Part shown: positions 43,319 through 57,444 of the stretch, piece by piece
How positions within the stretch are numbered: the stretch's first letter is position 1
Layout of the letters: every line of letters begins with the position of its first letter
From: Octopus vulgaris
Taxonomy: Eukaryota
Assembly (NCBI GenBank): GCA_951406725.2
Contig: OX597827.1
Coordinates: forward strand, 7,998,001-8,062,000
Reading direction: 5' to 3'
DNA: 64,000 nucleotides
Notes under the pieces: model-generated
Seen by the model: the letters and a program-made list of their open reading frames with translations, nothing else
Told to the model about the DNA's origin: nothing
The model's database searches: none
Program-made: the position numbers and the translations under genes

Positions 43319-44128
43319 AAATATATAGACAGGTATATATGTTGAAGAGTGTTGCCCTATTGCATTGATGGTTAGATGAAAAGCTTTGCGATGATAGAAG
43401 ACTAGGACCATCATGCCTTATATGTTAAGATTCCCAAGTATGACAAACGTTTAATTGTTATTTATTTCTGTCGCTTTCAGTTTGTAAGTATATCCTAATC
43501 TCAAACTTTTTTGGTTTCTTTAATAAAATACAGAAAGGAAAAGACAGCAAAATTAAATAATACACATGTCTAACTTATTAATTTCTAACTGTCCTAATCC
43601 ATATCATCTACAACCATATACCCATGTGTATGTGTGTGAGTGTGTGTGTATTTCTCTCTCTCTCTTTCTCTCAGTCAATCAATCAATCAAGCTTGTCCAA
43701 CTGTTGTATTTTCAGAGGCATGAAACTTACAGTAGCTCACATTTAAATTCTGCGTATATTTAATGATATTTATGTCTCACTGGACGGAGTGAGTTTTGTT
43801 GATCCCACCAACAGTACATTATATAGGTGTGTGTGTATGTGTGTAATTTTATTACAATAATCTCACATGAATGAAACATATTGCATAACTAATAGTTTCC
43901 TGTAAATCTTGCAGCCCTGTGTCACTAATTCAGTTACTCTAAAATTTGAATGATCCCTTATTCTATACATTGAGTACTTATCTACATTTCAGCAATGTAA
44001 TATGTCCAATCATATATATATATGTATGTGTGTGTGTGTGTAAAGGGAGAGAGATGTATATACATATCAGTATGCATGTATGTAGGTATGTATAACTTTC
44101 CATCATGTAGATTTGCTTTTATTCTTCT

Positions 44129-44577
44129 TTAACCCTTTAGCATTCAGCCCCTTTTGTTACCAACCCAGCTGAAACCGGCTCTGGCTCTGTTGTACAAATG
44201 TCTTGTTTTCTTAAGGTTTCAATTAAAATCTTCCACCAAACCTTAGTCACAATTTATGTTCCTAATACAAGCTTAATGATAACTAAGTTATTTTACTAAA
44301 TTCTTTGTTGTATTTAAAGTAATTGAAAGAAACACAGAACATCTCAAATTAAATACAGTAACGAAAGGGTTAACCTGTCAAATGTAATCCTTATTAATTC
44401 AGATTCTTTTAAAGAAATCATGCATTATCTTATAGCTTTGAGATTTCAATGATGTGATTGTTCATTTATCCAATGACATTGACAACTAGATGTGAGAGGC
44501 CAGATCTAACCAGTTTGATCATAAAACAGACAGAATATTTGGGCCAGATATGGCCAGTTTAAATGCTAAATGGTTAA
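44129..44577. mobile_element. piggyBac-type MITE-1 with MITE-2 (44148-44373) nested inside
   Basis: Outer ttaaccctttagcatt / aatgctaaatggttaa; inner ccttttgttacc / gtaacgaaagggttaa. Confidence 0.82.
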
Positions 44578-45088
44578 TTAAGTGTTGAATGTTTATCATA
44601 TTCATTTCTGACAAATAACATCAACACTAAAGCTCAGCATTTTCAATACACCCAAGCCAAACTCTATTAAACATCAATTTTAGTATCAGGGCATTTTACT
44701 CCTCATATTCTTCATTATACACACATGTATTACACATAGCGGAACACATGCATAAACATGTTTATGTGCACATGTAATCACATCATTCACTTCACGTTTC
44801 ATTTTCCCCCTTTCACTTGTTGGATCGTCTTTTTTTTTTTTTTTTTCTTCTAATAGATTTTAAAGAAAGACCTCTTTGATTAATAGAAAATTTTAATAAA
44901 AATAATCTTCATAAAAATGTACACAAATTTACATTGATAGCATTTGTAATGTGAATGTTTTCTCTTAATGAACAGCAATTTACATATATATATATACATA
45001 CAAAAACTGACAGTTAATGACTTCATTGCTTTGTTTTTTTAAAATTTTTTTTTAGGTGATTGGGTGGAGTTATATATATGTGTACATA

Positions 45089-45175
<87 letters not shown>

Positions 45176-45216
45176 ATATATATATGTATATATATATGTA
45201 TGTATATATGTATATA

Positions 45217-45259
<43 letters not shown>

Positions 45260-45270
45260 ATATGTATATA

Positions 45271-45301
<31 letters not shown>

Positions 45302-45349
45302 GTACATATATATATCTATATATATATATGTATAATCTTTATATAGATA

Positions 45350-45392
<43 letters not shown>

Positions 45393-45746
45393 ATATGTAT
45401 TTCACTTGATTCCGAAACTGGCACACATACGCACATATCCACACCCATTTCATAAACTAGGTTACTTTTAAAAACAACCGACTATCCATTTGTACTGATA
45501 TATGATCTTAGAAGCAATACAAAAGACAGATTTTTTCTTTTAAAAATCAAATCAAATGCAACTTTATACCTTTCACAGAAAGTCTTTTTTTCACATTATG
45601 GCATAAGAAATCTCTTACTTGTAAAAAAAAAAAATTTGATATCCTTTTGGAAGAATGTTGCAACTTTCATTTCCAATTTAAAAAAAAAAAAACCTTACAT
45701 ATTTCATCCCAGCTACACACACACACACACACATATACATACATGT

Positions 45747-45944
<198 letters not shown>

Positions 45945-47382
45945 TATACATACACATATATGTAGACATATATATCTTTTTATGCGTGTATGTGTGTGTG
46001 TTTATGTATGTATATGTACAGAAATGCACACATATATAAGGCATACATGCAAACTTATGCATATATGTATGTATATATATATATATATATAGATATATAT
46101 ATATGTATATGTATGTACGTATGTATATGTGTGTGTGTGTGTTGCGTGTGTGTACACACACATATATAAACATCAAGCACATGATATACTCGAACCCATT
46201 TTTCACGGAGTTATAAAGTCATGTAATTATGTAATTTAAGTTGCAATGTTTCTTCCGAAAAAAAAAAAAAAAGTTTAAGATATCACAGAGAAAATCTGCA
46301 CCTGTTTTTTTTTTTTCCAAAAAAAAAAAATGAACAAAACAAAACAAAAAAACAACAAAAAAACCAGAAAATTTGTCCAATATTTTGTAACTGATCCCCA
46401 AACAATAAACTGAAATTGAAGAAGAATGTAACTCTTTGAAGACTATTACTTAATGTACACCCATTATTATACCATAACATTTACAAATATAACCAGACAC
46501 AATATCCTTTTAAGCAAATAGCTCCAACAGAAGATATCACAAGTGGAGATATTTCCAATTGCATTTTTATCTTTCTGACTGAAGCTATTATCACTGAATT
46601 TTAAACAGAGAACTTTGAATATTAAAGGTGCTAAATGTTCACCACTGCTATTCTGTAATTAAGAATGTCAAGTCAAGTAAAGAAATATACCTCTTCAGGT
46701 AAGCTGAACATTTGCATTATCTTAAAATATTTAATTTTAGATATTCCTGAATGTCATTTAAAATTTTTTTTTTTCATCAAAATCTTTTTTTTATTTCTAT
46801 ATTTAAATTTCATTTTCTAATATGACATGAGTATATATATCAAATGATATTTTTGGAAATAGGAAATATGGAATGGCTGTCCTTGCATAAAATCTGCAAG
46901 CACAATACTTCACTAACATTCTTTTTTTTTAAAATATCTTATATGAAATTTGATAAAACTATTTAAAGTTCCAAAATGCAGAGGCCCCCATAAACCAAGA
47001 AAACAAGGTGTTACTGCAGCCAACATTGTTCTCACCAATAATAGAATCACAACACTATATTATCCAAGAAAATTCCACGTAACCCATTATACCAAGGGCC
47101 ATAATTCAGTAAAGTTGATAGCTGAATCAAGGAAATTTTCATTCAAATTTTATTTTCGAGCCTAACATGTTCTTCAACATCTCTAGCTCCCTCTCGCTCT
47201 CCCCTCCTTCCTCTCTTTATCTCCTTTTCTTTTTCTTTCTTTATATCTCTTTTCCTTTCTCCCTTTCATTCTTTCTTTCTCTGCCTCTCTCATCTTAATT
47301 TTTCTCTTTACCGTAAACACATATATCAGTACACATTTGTATGCATAAAGATTTACACACATGTTAAGTATTTGTCATTGTA

Positions 47383-47416
<34 letters not shown>

Positions 47417-47457
47417 TATATATATATGTCCGTGTGTGTGTGAGTAAATGTATGTGT

Positions 47458-47498
<41 letters not shown>

Positions 47499-47939
47499 TA
47501 AATAGACAGATAGATATATATACATATATATGCATATGTACACATACACACATTTATATAAATATATATATATACATATATATTCATACACATACAAATA
47601 TATATGTATATGTATGTAGTACATATATGAATGTACATGTATATATATATATATATGTGAGTACATATATATATATATACACACACATCCATATATATAT
47701 ACATATGTATGCATGTATGTGTATATATACATATATATACACACACAAACATATATAAATACATATATCTATATATACAAATATATATATATATATATAT
47801 TATATATACACACACACAGACATATATATGTGTGTATATATGTATATAATATGCTTAGCATAAATATATATGTGCATAAAAATATATGTATATGTGCATG
47901 TATGAATGAAATGTGACAAAAGTCTGATGAATATAGTAC

Positions 47940-48191
47940 CTTTGGTAAAGCTGGAAATAGTTTTTATGAGATGAGGAACTGTTCTTCATTGGTAGATTCC
48001 AAAAGTTTGATACTGAGTTAGAATTACCATTGTTCTCTTGTAATAATTTATAGTCAATCACACCATTGCAGTGAGAGTTCTCATCAATATCAGTCGAATG
48101 ATTATTTTGGACAGAAAAAGGAAAATTCACAGAATTTAGTAGATCTTATTGCTCACTTTTAGCAGCTATTGGTCTTGGAAGGTATTGCAAC
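47940..48191 (-). other. Candidate exon; may encode a C-terminus LQYLPRPIAAKSEQ* followed by 3' UTR, or be non-coding
   Basis: Strong acceptor tttttttctcaattttttccAG at 48193-48192; TAA at 48148-48146; possible donor AG|GTACTA at 47939; SINE-free, A/T-tract-rich DNA downstream (44.6-47.9 kb) looks UTR-like. Confidence 0.4.
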
Positions 48192-48706
48192 CTGGAAAAA
48201 ATTGAGAAAAAAAATTACAGAGGACTATTCTACCTTGAGTAAATAGAATTTCATTTCAGGCATGACAATTTTTTTTTTTCAGAAATTAATTGTTTTTACT
48301 ATCCAATCTAGCCACTATTCATTGAGTGTGGGAGCATTTATGGACTAGATTTAGAATACGTTGAGAGAAAAAGTTTTTGCCAAAGTGAAGCTTAAGTTAA
48401 GGAATTTTATTCTGTTTGTAACATCTTTCATTGTTTCACTGGTAAAAGTATAAGATTAAAAGAGCAGAAAACCCTACTTCTAGGTATAAGATATATATAT
48501 ATATAATTTAAATTCAACTTATGTTGAAAGTCAATAAACAAAGTTTGCTTTAGAAGATTTGGGATGTATTGAAAGGTCAGCTGACAGATTTTCTGCAAAA
48601 TATGGATAGTTTATCCTGTTCATGCTACATTATTAGTATTCTCCTGCGTTTGAGAATAAAATTATTTCCTTATCTGTATCTTTCCTATATATATATATAT
48701 AAATAA

Positions 48707-48742
<36 letters not shown>

Positions 48743-48959
48743 CATGCACATTGTATTATATTTTATACATACATATATATACATGTATACATAATGTATA
48801 TAAGATGTGAAACACTCAGCGATTACCAACTGATGCTTATGCACAGAAACAATTATAGTGATTTGGATTCAAACCTTGCCTGGACTTGTGCCTCAGAGGG
48901 GAACTTTCTATGCACAAAACTATAGTCATTCACGACTGAAGGGGTCTTTACTTTTTATA

Positions 48960-48990
<31 letters not shown>

Positions 48991-48992
48991 TT

Positions 48993-49026
<34 letters not shown>

Positions 49027-49029
49027 CAT

Positions 49030-49434
49030 GCAGGAGTGGCTGTGTGGTAAGTAGCTTGCTAACCAGCCACATGGTTCCGGGTTCAGTCCCACTGCGTGGC
49101 ATCTTGGGCAAGTGTCTTCTGCTATAGCCCCGGGCCAACCAATGCCTTGTGAGTGGATTTGGTAGACGGAAACTGAAAGAAGCCTGTCGTATATATGTAT
49201 ATATATATATGTGTGTGTATGTGTGTGTGTGTGTCTGTGTTTGTCCCCCTAGCATTGCTTGACAACTGACGCTGGTGTGTTTACGTCCACGTCTCTTAGT
49301 GGTTCAGCAAAAGAGACCGATAGAATAAGTACTGGGCTTACAAAGAATAAGTCCCGGGGTCGATTTGCTCGACTAAAGGCGGTGCTCCAGCATGGCCGCA
49401 GTCAAATGACTGAAACAAGTAAAAGAGTAAAAGA

Positions 49435-49436
<2 letters not shown>
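49030..49436 (+). mobile_element. SINE family A, young copy
   Basis: Matches the consensus; flanked by (TA)n. Confidence 0.92.
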
Positions 49437-49482
<46 letters not shown>

Positions 49483-50114
49483 GAAAAAATATGACAAACT
49501 GAAGTTACTGTCGATACCATTTCTTCCCTACATCATATGTTTCATCATCGTGTCTATTTGCATTCTTTTGCAGTGGGTGTTCATAGTGCAATTAGATTCT
49601 GATTCACAACAGTCCTTTGATGAAACAATTTATTATATTATGCTTGCACACATATCATCTTCTTCTGATCTGAGAAAACATTATGAAATAAAGTGTTTCC
49701 CTGAAAAAAAAAAAACTGATGTAGATCAGCATCCAATTACACTATTAACACCCACTGCAGAGGATGCAAAATAGCCACAATGGTTAAATTTGCAGTGGGA
49801 ATAAATGGTATAAATTGCATCTTGTTTTTATACTTTTTCCTCTCTTTGCTCTGAGTGTTATAACTGGTAATACTGCTAATAACAACAGTGACTAACACCA
49901 TTTTACTGAAACTAGACCTTATGAGGATACTCAACATGGGGTCTAAATCCACCAGTAGCAGTTATACATATAACTGTATACACAGAATGCATGATGTATA
50001 TATTATTCAAAAATTAATATAAATATCATTATTCAAAGAATAATATTTATATATATATATATACACACACACACATATATATTGATATAGATTCATACAG
50101 ATGTATATATATAT

Positions 50115-50213
<99 letters not shown>

Positions 50214-50250
50214 CATATATATATACATATATATATACATATATATATAT

Positions 50251-50289
<39 letters not shown>

Positions 50290-50437
50290 TGTATGTATAT
50301 ATATATATGTATATATATGTATATATATATATATATATATTAACAAAAATTATTTTTGAATAACATATGTAAATCCTAATAAATGTTTTGAGTATCTTTT
50401 CTTTCATTTGTCCTCTCACTCATACAAACACACTCAT

Positions 50438-50520
<83 letters not shown>

Positions 50521-50564
50521 CTATCTGTATACACAGGAAATATATATATATATATGAATTATAG

Positions 50565-50912
50565 TACAAGAGGATGGCATGAACTGACTTTAATCCAAAT
50601 CACTACAATTGTTTCTAGCTGAATTAGTACCGGTTGGTAGCTACCGAGTGTTTCACATATCATACACATTATTGCCTTAACAGACCCAGCAAAAGCCGTG
50701 TACCTGCACGTCTTCAGGTGAGCAGGTTTGAGAGCGCCCAGCAGTGCTCTTGAATCCATTCACCAAAAGACATGCAGGCAAACAGATATTGTTGGATCTT
50801 ATCCATGCAACAATGTGTATAGCATGTGAAACACTCAGCAATTGCCAGCTGATACTAATGGAAAGAAACGATTGTAGTGATTTGGGTTAAAGCCTGTTCA
50901 TTCCATCTTGTA
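50565..50912. mobile_element. MITE with about 100-bp degenerate TIRs and TA ends
   Basis: aatccaaatcactacaattgtttct mirrors agaaacgattgtagtgatttgggtt; gagtgtttcacat mirrors atgtgaaacactc; a solo arm lies at 48790-48875. Confidence 0.75.
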
Positions 50913-50926
50913 TCATATTGTTTTGT

Positions 50927-51314
50927 GTGGAGGCGCAATGGCACAGTGGTTAGGGCAGCAGACTCGCAGTCATAGGATCGCGGTTTCGATTCCCAGACCG
51001 GGCGTTGTGAGTGTTTATTGAGCAAAAACACATAAAGCTCCACGAAGCTCCGGCAGGGGATGGTGGTGATCCCTGCTGTACTCTTTCACCACAACTTTCT
51101 CTCACTCTTACTTCCTGTTTCTGTTGTACCTGTACTTCAAAGGGCCGGCCTTGTCACTCTCTGTGTCACACTGAATGTCCCTGAGAACTACGTTAAGGGT
51201 ACATGTGCCTATGGAGTGCTCAGCCACTTACACGTTAATTTCACGAGCAGGCTGTTCCATTGATTTGGATCAACCGGAACCCTCATTGTCGTAACCAACG
51301 GAGTGCTTCCATTC
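50927..51314 (+). mobile_element. SINE family C, full length, tail type 1
   Basis: tRNA-Arg-like head; 13-bp TSD catattgttttgt at 50914-50926 and 51315-51327. Confidence 0.92.
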
Positions 51315-51484
51315 CATATTGTTTTGTATGAATTCTGTAGATATTAATGGATTTCTACATACCCATGGAGGAGCTTTGTAAAGCATGCTTTAGGATTATT
51401 ATCTAAATGATGTTATATATATACATATATATTAGTCACTTTCCTATTCCCAATAATATATATATATGGGTGTGTGTGTATGTA

Positions 51485-51516
<32 letters not shown>

Positions 51517-52229
51517 CATATATTTAATATATATTTAATATATATTTATACTATTGGCAATTGGAATGTGACTAAAGAATATATATATATATATATCTTT
51601 TTATATTTGCAGTGAACAGATAGTGGCAAAATCACAAGGTAATGATAACTGATGTAACAACGTGTCAAACCATTCCAACAAAACAAATATAGTAGCAAAT
51701 GAGAAGTAATAGAAAAAAACAGATGTATGAATATTTCAGACCATTATTTTCTCATAAATTGACAGCATGGCTGTACTAATTCCTTCATTGATTTTGTAGT
51801 GATGCTATGAACACATGGGTGAGGTATAGAATAATTGCGGCGTGGATGGTGGGTGGGTGTAATGATGTGTTGGGGGTGATTGTTGACTAATTGTAATTTT
51901 GAACAAAATCTTTCCTTGCCAAAAGTAATTTTCTCTGGAACAGCCTCGTTAGTCACAACCGTCATTTCTAATACCAAGCCATACTAGCAAGCCTCTGCGT
52001 GGTCATTTGATCCATTAGAAACAGTAATGAAGTTTCCTTTAAATCATATCCTGCCCTTTTCAAAATGGTATTAATGACTAGATTGGATAATTTAGTGTTA
52101 TTTGTAAGATGATACTTGTTAGAAATGCACTTGGTAAAAACAAAAAAAAAAAAAGAAAAGAAAAGAACAAAATGGGTAATACTGGAATGCATTTGATTAT
52201 AGGAAAAAAACAAACAAAAAAAAAACAAT

Positions 52230-52632
52230 GTGCAGGAGTGGCTGTGTGGGTAAGTAGCTTGCTAACAAGCCACATGGTTCCGGGTTCAGTCCCACTGCGT
52301 GGCAGCTTGGGCAAGTGTCTTCTGCTATAGCCCCGGGCTGACCAATGCCTTGTGAGTGGATTTGGTAGACGGAAACTGAAAGAAGCCTGTCGTATATATG
52401 TGAATATATATATATATGTGTGTGTGTGTTTGTGAATCTGTGTTTGTCCCCCTAGCATTGCTTGACAACCGATGCTGGTGTGTTTACGTAGCGGTTCGGC
52501 AAAAAGAGACCGATAGGATAAGTACTGGGCTTACAAAGAATAAGTCCCGGGGTCGATTTGCTTGACTAAAGGCAGTGCTCCAGCATGGCCACAGTCAAAT
52601 GACTGAAACAAGTAAAAGAGAGAAAAGAGAGT
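52230..52632 (+). mobile_element. SINE family A, young copy
   Basis: Matches the consensus. Confidence 0.92.
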
Positions 52633-52751
52633 AATGGCAACAATAACCTGTGGAGGTCATGGTTGGGCTATCAATGTAAAAAGACTTGCCAGAAATCAAT
52701 GTTCTGGTAGATTTTACACGTCTACAAACTAATTTATTTAAAAATTAAATG

Positions 52752-53185
52752 GGTGCAGGTATGGCTGTGTGGCTAAGATGCTGTCTCTGCAACCATATGG
52801 TTTCAGGTTCAGTCCTACTGTGTGGCACTTTGGGTAAGTGTCGTGGTTCTACTGTAACCTTGTGTTGACCAATGCCTCGCAAGGGAATTTGGTATGTGGA
52901 ACCGTATGGAAGCCTACCATAATGTATAAATGTGTGTGTGTGTGTGAGTGTGTGTGTGTGTGTGTGTGTGTTTCTTTCTATCTATGTTTGTCCCCCCATC
53001 ACCATTTGATAACTGGTTTCCATTTGTTTACATCCCCATAGCTTAACAGTTCAGCAAATGGGACTGACAGAATTAGTACCAGACTTTAAAAGATAAGTAG
53101 GGGTCAATTTCTTAGACTAGACTCTTTAAGGTTGTGCTCCAGTATGGCCGCTGACCAATGAATAAAACAAATAAAAAGTAAAAAA
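52752..53185 (+). mobile_element. SINE family A, older copy
   Basis: Diverged but colinear head, (TG)n and tail. Confidence 0.78.
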
Positions 53186-54107
53186 CAACTAGAATTTCCT
53201 ATTCTTACCCACCGTCTAGAGGTAGCACGTTTAACACTTTGGAGATGGAACCTCATTTGGAACTTTAGGCCAAGAAGATGGGGGCCTTTCCACAAGCCCT
53301 ACACAGGGTGTGCACTTATTTTACATAAGAGCTTATAGAAAATTAAGTAATTATTTTACATATATAAATTCATATGTATTCTTGTAGCAAATTGAATGAA
53401 CTAATCAATCTTTGTCATTTGACTTTTTGGCTGATGGATCAGCCCTGTCACTTCCTAAGGGTTGAGATGGAAAATATTTCACAGTTTATCACAACTTTCC
53501 TGATATTAAACTGCCGAGAAGCTCCATTTCTCTCTCTCCCTCTCTTTCTCTTTCTTTCTCCTTCTCTCTCTCTCTCTCTCTCTTTCTCCTTCTCTCTTCT
53601 TCTCTCATAGCCAGCTAGCTTTATTTACTGCCAGAACATAAATGTTTTTTTACAGCTTTAATTTGATGTCCTTTGCTTTCTGTTTCCTCCCACTTTCTTA
53701 CTTTCACTTTCATTATCATTATCTTTTCTCTCTCCATATCTCACTGTCCTTTTCTTCCCTTTCTTACACTTCAACTTATTCAAGGATTTTCTGCAGATGC
53801 TGTACTTATTTCAACCTGTCCCCAGTCTAGGCTTTACCACTTATTTCAACCCCCATTTACATATGACATTGCTATGCTACTCAGCTGTACATTCAATGAG
53901 GGTTGTAAAATAAACTAATGTGAAGCCACCTTAAGAACTAAGACTGGATTTATTTGGGAAACAAGAAGGAAGATTGATCCATAAAAGAATATCCGTCATA
54001 TGGATTGCAGTTTTCTTCCACTAAAGTCAAAAACTGCAATCCACCGAAAATTTATTAGTTTATCCAGTACTATCAAAGGTTCAGTAGAGGGCTATAGTTC
54101 ATAATAT

Positions 54108-54342
54108 AAGGTGGCAAGCTGGCAGAAACACTAGCACACTGGGCGAAATGCATAGATGTATTTCGTCTGCCGTTACATTCTGAGTTCAAATTCTGCCAAG
54201 GTCGACTTTGCCTTTCATCCTTTTGGGGTTGATAAATTAAGTACCAGTTACGCACTGGGGTCGATGTAATTAACTTAATCCATTTGTCTGTTCTTGTTTG
54301 TCCCCTCTGTGTTTAGCCCCTTGTGGGTAGTAAAGAAATATA
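54108..54342 (+). mobile_element. SINE family B, full length
   Basis: Matches the copy at 2999; flanks tatagttcata / tatagttcatt are TSD-like. Partial copies at 24100-24305(-), 30585-30766(-), 57255-57440(-) and 58355-58472(+). Confidence 0.88.
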
Positions 54343-55530
54343 TAGTTCATTATAGAACCTTAGTTGTAGCAAAGTGGACTGGGTCATCAGAATTTTGATA
54401 TTTTCTACCACATGGTAGCCCACACAGGAAAATATCAACTGATAAGAACCTTTACAATCCAGCCAAATGGTGCAATTGGTTTTATGGAGAAATGACTCAA
54501 GGTCTTTCAGAGATGAGCAGAATAACAGATAATACAGCTTAATGGTTGGCAGTTTGGAAAAAGAATCAACTGAGCAATGATCAATAGTGAAACTTGCAAG
54601 TTTTTGGAGGATGAAATACAATGGCATTGACCTGGGTCACCAAGTTCCAGAAGTGAACCATTGTTGACCTTTACTACAAGGAACTGTGCATACTTGGTTC
54701 TGTGTATGTGCACTTGAGATATGGGAACTGAATTAACTAATTTTTTATTGTGGAGTACTTTCCAGAATTCTTCACATTTTATATGATGTATTCTGCACAT
54801 TTTTCTCTTACTGGCGAATAGAAAGAGTTTGCAAGAACTGATTTGCATATGATTAGTGTGTTACATCATCAGCATGTTGGACTGCATAAATTTAATCAGT
54901 ACACAAAATGTTAATGCCTATAGAACTGACAATCATAGAAATCACTCATTCACCCGAAAGATCCGGTGTTGTCTTATGCTGGACATCTCAAAATAGTCAT
55001 AATCACATTGGTTATCAAGTGCAGAAATATTGAGATCGATGACCATGGATGTCACAGTGAAAGAGTCATCACATGTCACAGAAGACAGAAATGGGCAGGA
55101 AATGATAATGAAATTTTAGAATTGTTATATTTTGGTTTTTATTTATTTTAGAATGATTTATAAAGGGTTTCCCCTCTTATTAATTCAAATTTATAACCTG
55201 GATTTGAATGTAGACATTGAAAGTTTTATTACATTTAACTCTCAGAACTATCAAAAGTAATACTCAAAGAGAAAATATTTTAAATTTTGACATCTCACAG
55301 CTTAAGGTGTTCAAACTATATCTCTTAAATTATAGACAATTGATCCTCTCCCATTAAAGAAAATAAATGAATGGTGATGGAGTGTAAACACATTATGATT
55401 TTAAAATAATTAAAAAAGAAAAAGAATTGCAGAATGTAAAAGAGACAAAGTACTTGAATTAGAATAACAGTAGGGAGGAGAAAAAGGTTTTTGGCATCAA
55501 AAGAAAACTGATCCATAATTTTTAAAAACA

Positions 55531-55954
55531 GGCGCAGGAGTGGCTGTGTGGTAAGTAGCTTGCTAACCAACCACATGGTTCCGGGTTCAGTCCCACTGCG
55601 TGGCATCTTGGGCAAGTGTCTTCTGCTATAGCACCGGGCCGACCAATGCCTTGTGAGTGGATTTGGTAGATGGAAACTGAAAGAAGCCTGTCGTATATAT
55701 GTATATATTTATGTGTATGTGTGTTTGTGTGTTTGTGTGTTTGTGTTTGTCCTCCTAGCATTGCTTGACAACCGATGCTGGTGTGTTTACGTCCCCGTCA
55801 CTTAGCGGTTCAGCAAAAGAGACCGATAGAATAAGTACTGGGCTTACAAAAGAATAAGTCCCGGGGTCGATTTGCTCGACTAAAGGCGGTGCTCCAGCAT
55901 GGCCGCAGTCAAATGACTGAAACAAGTAAAAGAGAGTAAAAGAAAAAAGAGAGT
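55531..55954 (+). mobile_element. SINE family A, young copy
   Basis: Matches the consensus. Confidence 0.92.
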
Positions 55955-56401
55955 TGTTGCATGGAATAGTGGTAAGAATAGTTGTTTTGTGGATGTTACT
56001 GGTCCATGGCTTCACCCTGACCATATAGAGCAATGGCCAAAGACCTTCTAGACATGTCTATCTCATTGTAATCTATATTCAGGACTGTATTGTCCAATGT
56101 GATTTTCTGTGTTTCATGCAAGCAGAGTTTGATTTGAGGGAAATTTGACTACTGATTCTTGGTGGTCAAGTTAATATGTATAGATGGTTCAGGACAGTGG
56201 GAATGTTAATGATTCTGATAAGTGAATGTTCAGAAAGTGTAACAAGAAATGATGAATGCTTGGAAGGGAAGTAATTCAAATGGAAGTAAGCAGAAAAATA
56301 AAAAGGCGTAGCAGGAAAAATTGAAAAGAAGGGTGGTTAAAAATCACTGAGTGTGCAGTATAATATAAATTGAGAGAGATACTGAAGAAATGTGAATAAT
56401 A

Positions 56402-56818
56402 GGCGCAGGAGTGGCTGTGTGGTAAGTAGCTTGCTAACCAACCACATGGTTCCGGGTTCAGTCCCACTGCGTGGCATCTTGGGGAAGTGTCTTCTGCTAT
56501 AGCCCTGGGCCGACCAATGCCTTGTGAGTGGATTTGGTAGACAGAAACTGAAAGAAGCCTGTCGTATATATGTGTATATATATATATATATATGTGTGTG
56601 TTTGTGTGAGTGTGTTTGTATCCCTAGCATTGCTTGACAACCGATGCTGGTGTGTTTACGTCCCCGTCACTTAGCTGTTCGGCAAAAGAGACCGATAGAA
56701 TAAGTACTGGGCTTACAAAGAATAAGTCCCGGGGTTGATTTGATCAACTTAAGGTGGTGCTCCAGCATGGCCGCAGTCAAATGACTGAAACAAGTAAAAG
56801 AGTAAAGAGTAAAAGAGT
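56402..56818 (+). mobile_element. SINE family A, young copy
   Basis: Matches the consensus. Confidence 0.92.
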
Positions 56819-57444
56819 AATATACTGAAGTTATCATGAAAAAAGGTCAAAGAGGATTCATTCAATATGAAATAAACAGTGCACTCTAAGTATAAACTAA
56901 ACATCTGCAATTAACTGTCTGTGGACTTTATTTTTATTTTCATCTTTTTTAATGATCCAGAAAATAACAAATTTTTTGGTATTCTGAAAAACTGATTTAT
57001 AAAGGGATTTGTAAGCTGGATTTGAAAAAAAAATATATCAAAAGTTTTATTAAAATGAATTCTTAAAAATGTGTCAGAAAGTTTGTCAATAGCCAGCCAG
57101 CTGGAGGAGGTGTCCTCCTTGGGCTACAAGCTAACAGTAGCACCCACCCTTAGGGGTTAGCCACATTTAAGTGGCAAATATACTTCACGATGTCGTGCAG
57201 CTACTGTCTATACCTCACTCAGAGATTTATAATTCTTAAAACTGTTAAAATTAATATCGGTTTCAAATTTTGGTACAAGGCCAGCGGTTATGGGAGAAGG
57301 GGTAAATCGATTACATTGATCCCAGTTCTCAACTGGTGTTTATTTTATCTATCTCAAAAGGATAAAAGCAAAGTCAACCTGTGCAGTATTTGAATTTAGA
57401 ACGTTAAGTCAGGAGAGATGTTGCTAAACATTTCGTTCGGTATA

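Noticed and set aside
49259-49774. 171-aa ORF and recurring peptides such as ETDRISTGLTKNKSRG and PGAIAEDTCPRCHAVG
   Set aside because: They are translations of SINE A copies, not a gene family.
53208-53297. 90-nt open minus-strand segment with AG/GT ends
   Set aside because: Poor pyrimidine tract, phase 0/0 does not fit the neighbouring candidate exons, and gggcc motifs suggest a MITE remnant.
54350-54900. Coding-like unique DNA with 104- and 113-aa ORFs (similar stretches at 23400-23790, 42300-42500, 58650-58870 and 59820-60030)
   Set aside because: Probably decayed TE coding sequence, but no motif was clear enough to assign; BLASTX would be needed.
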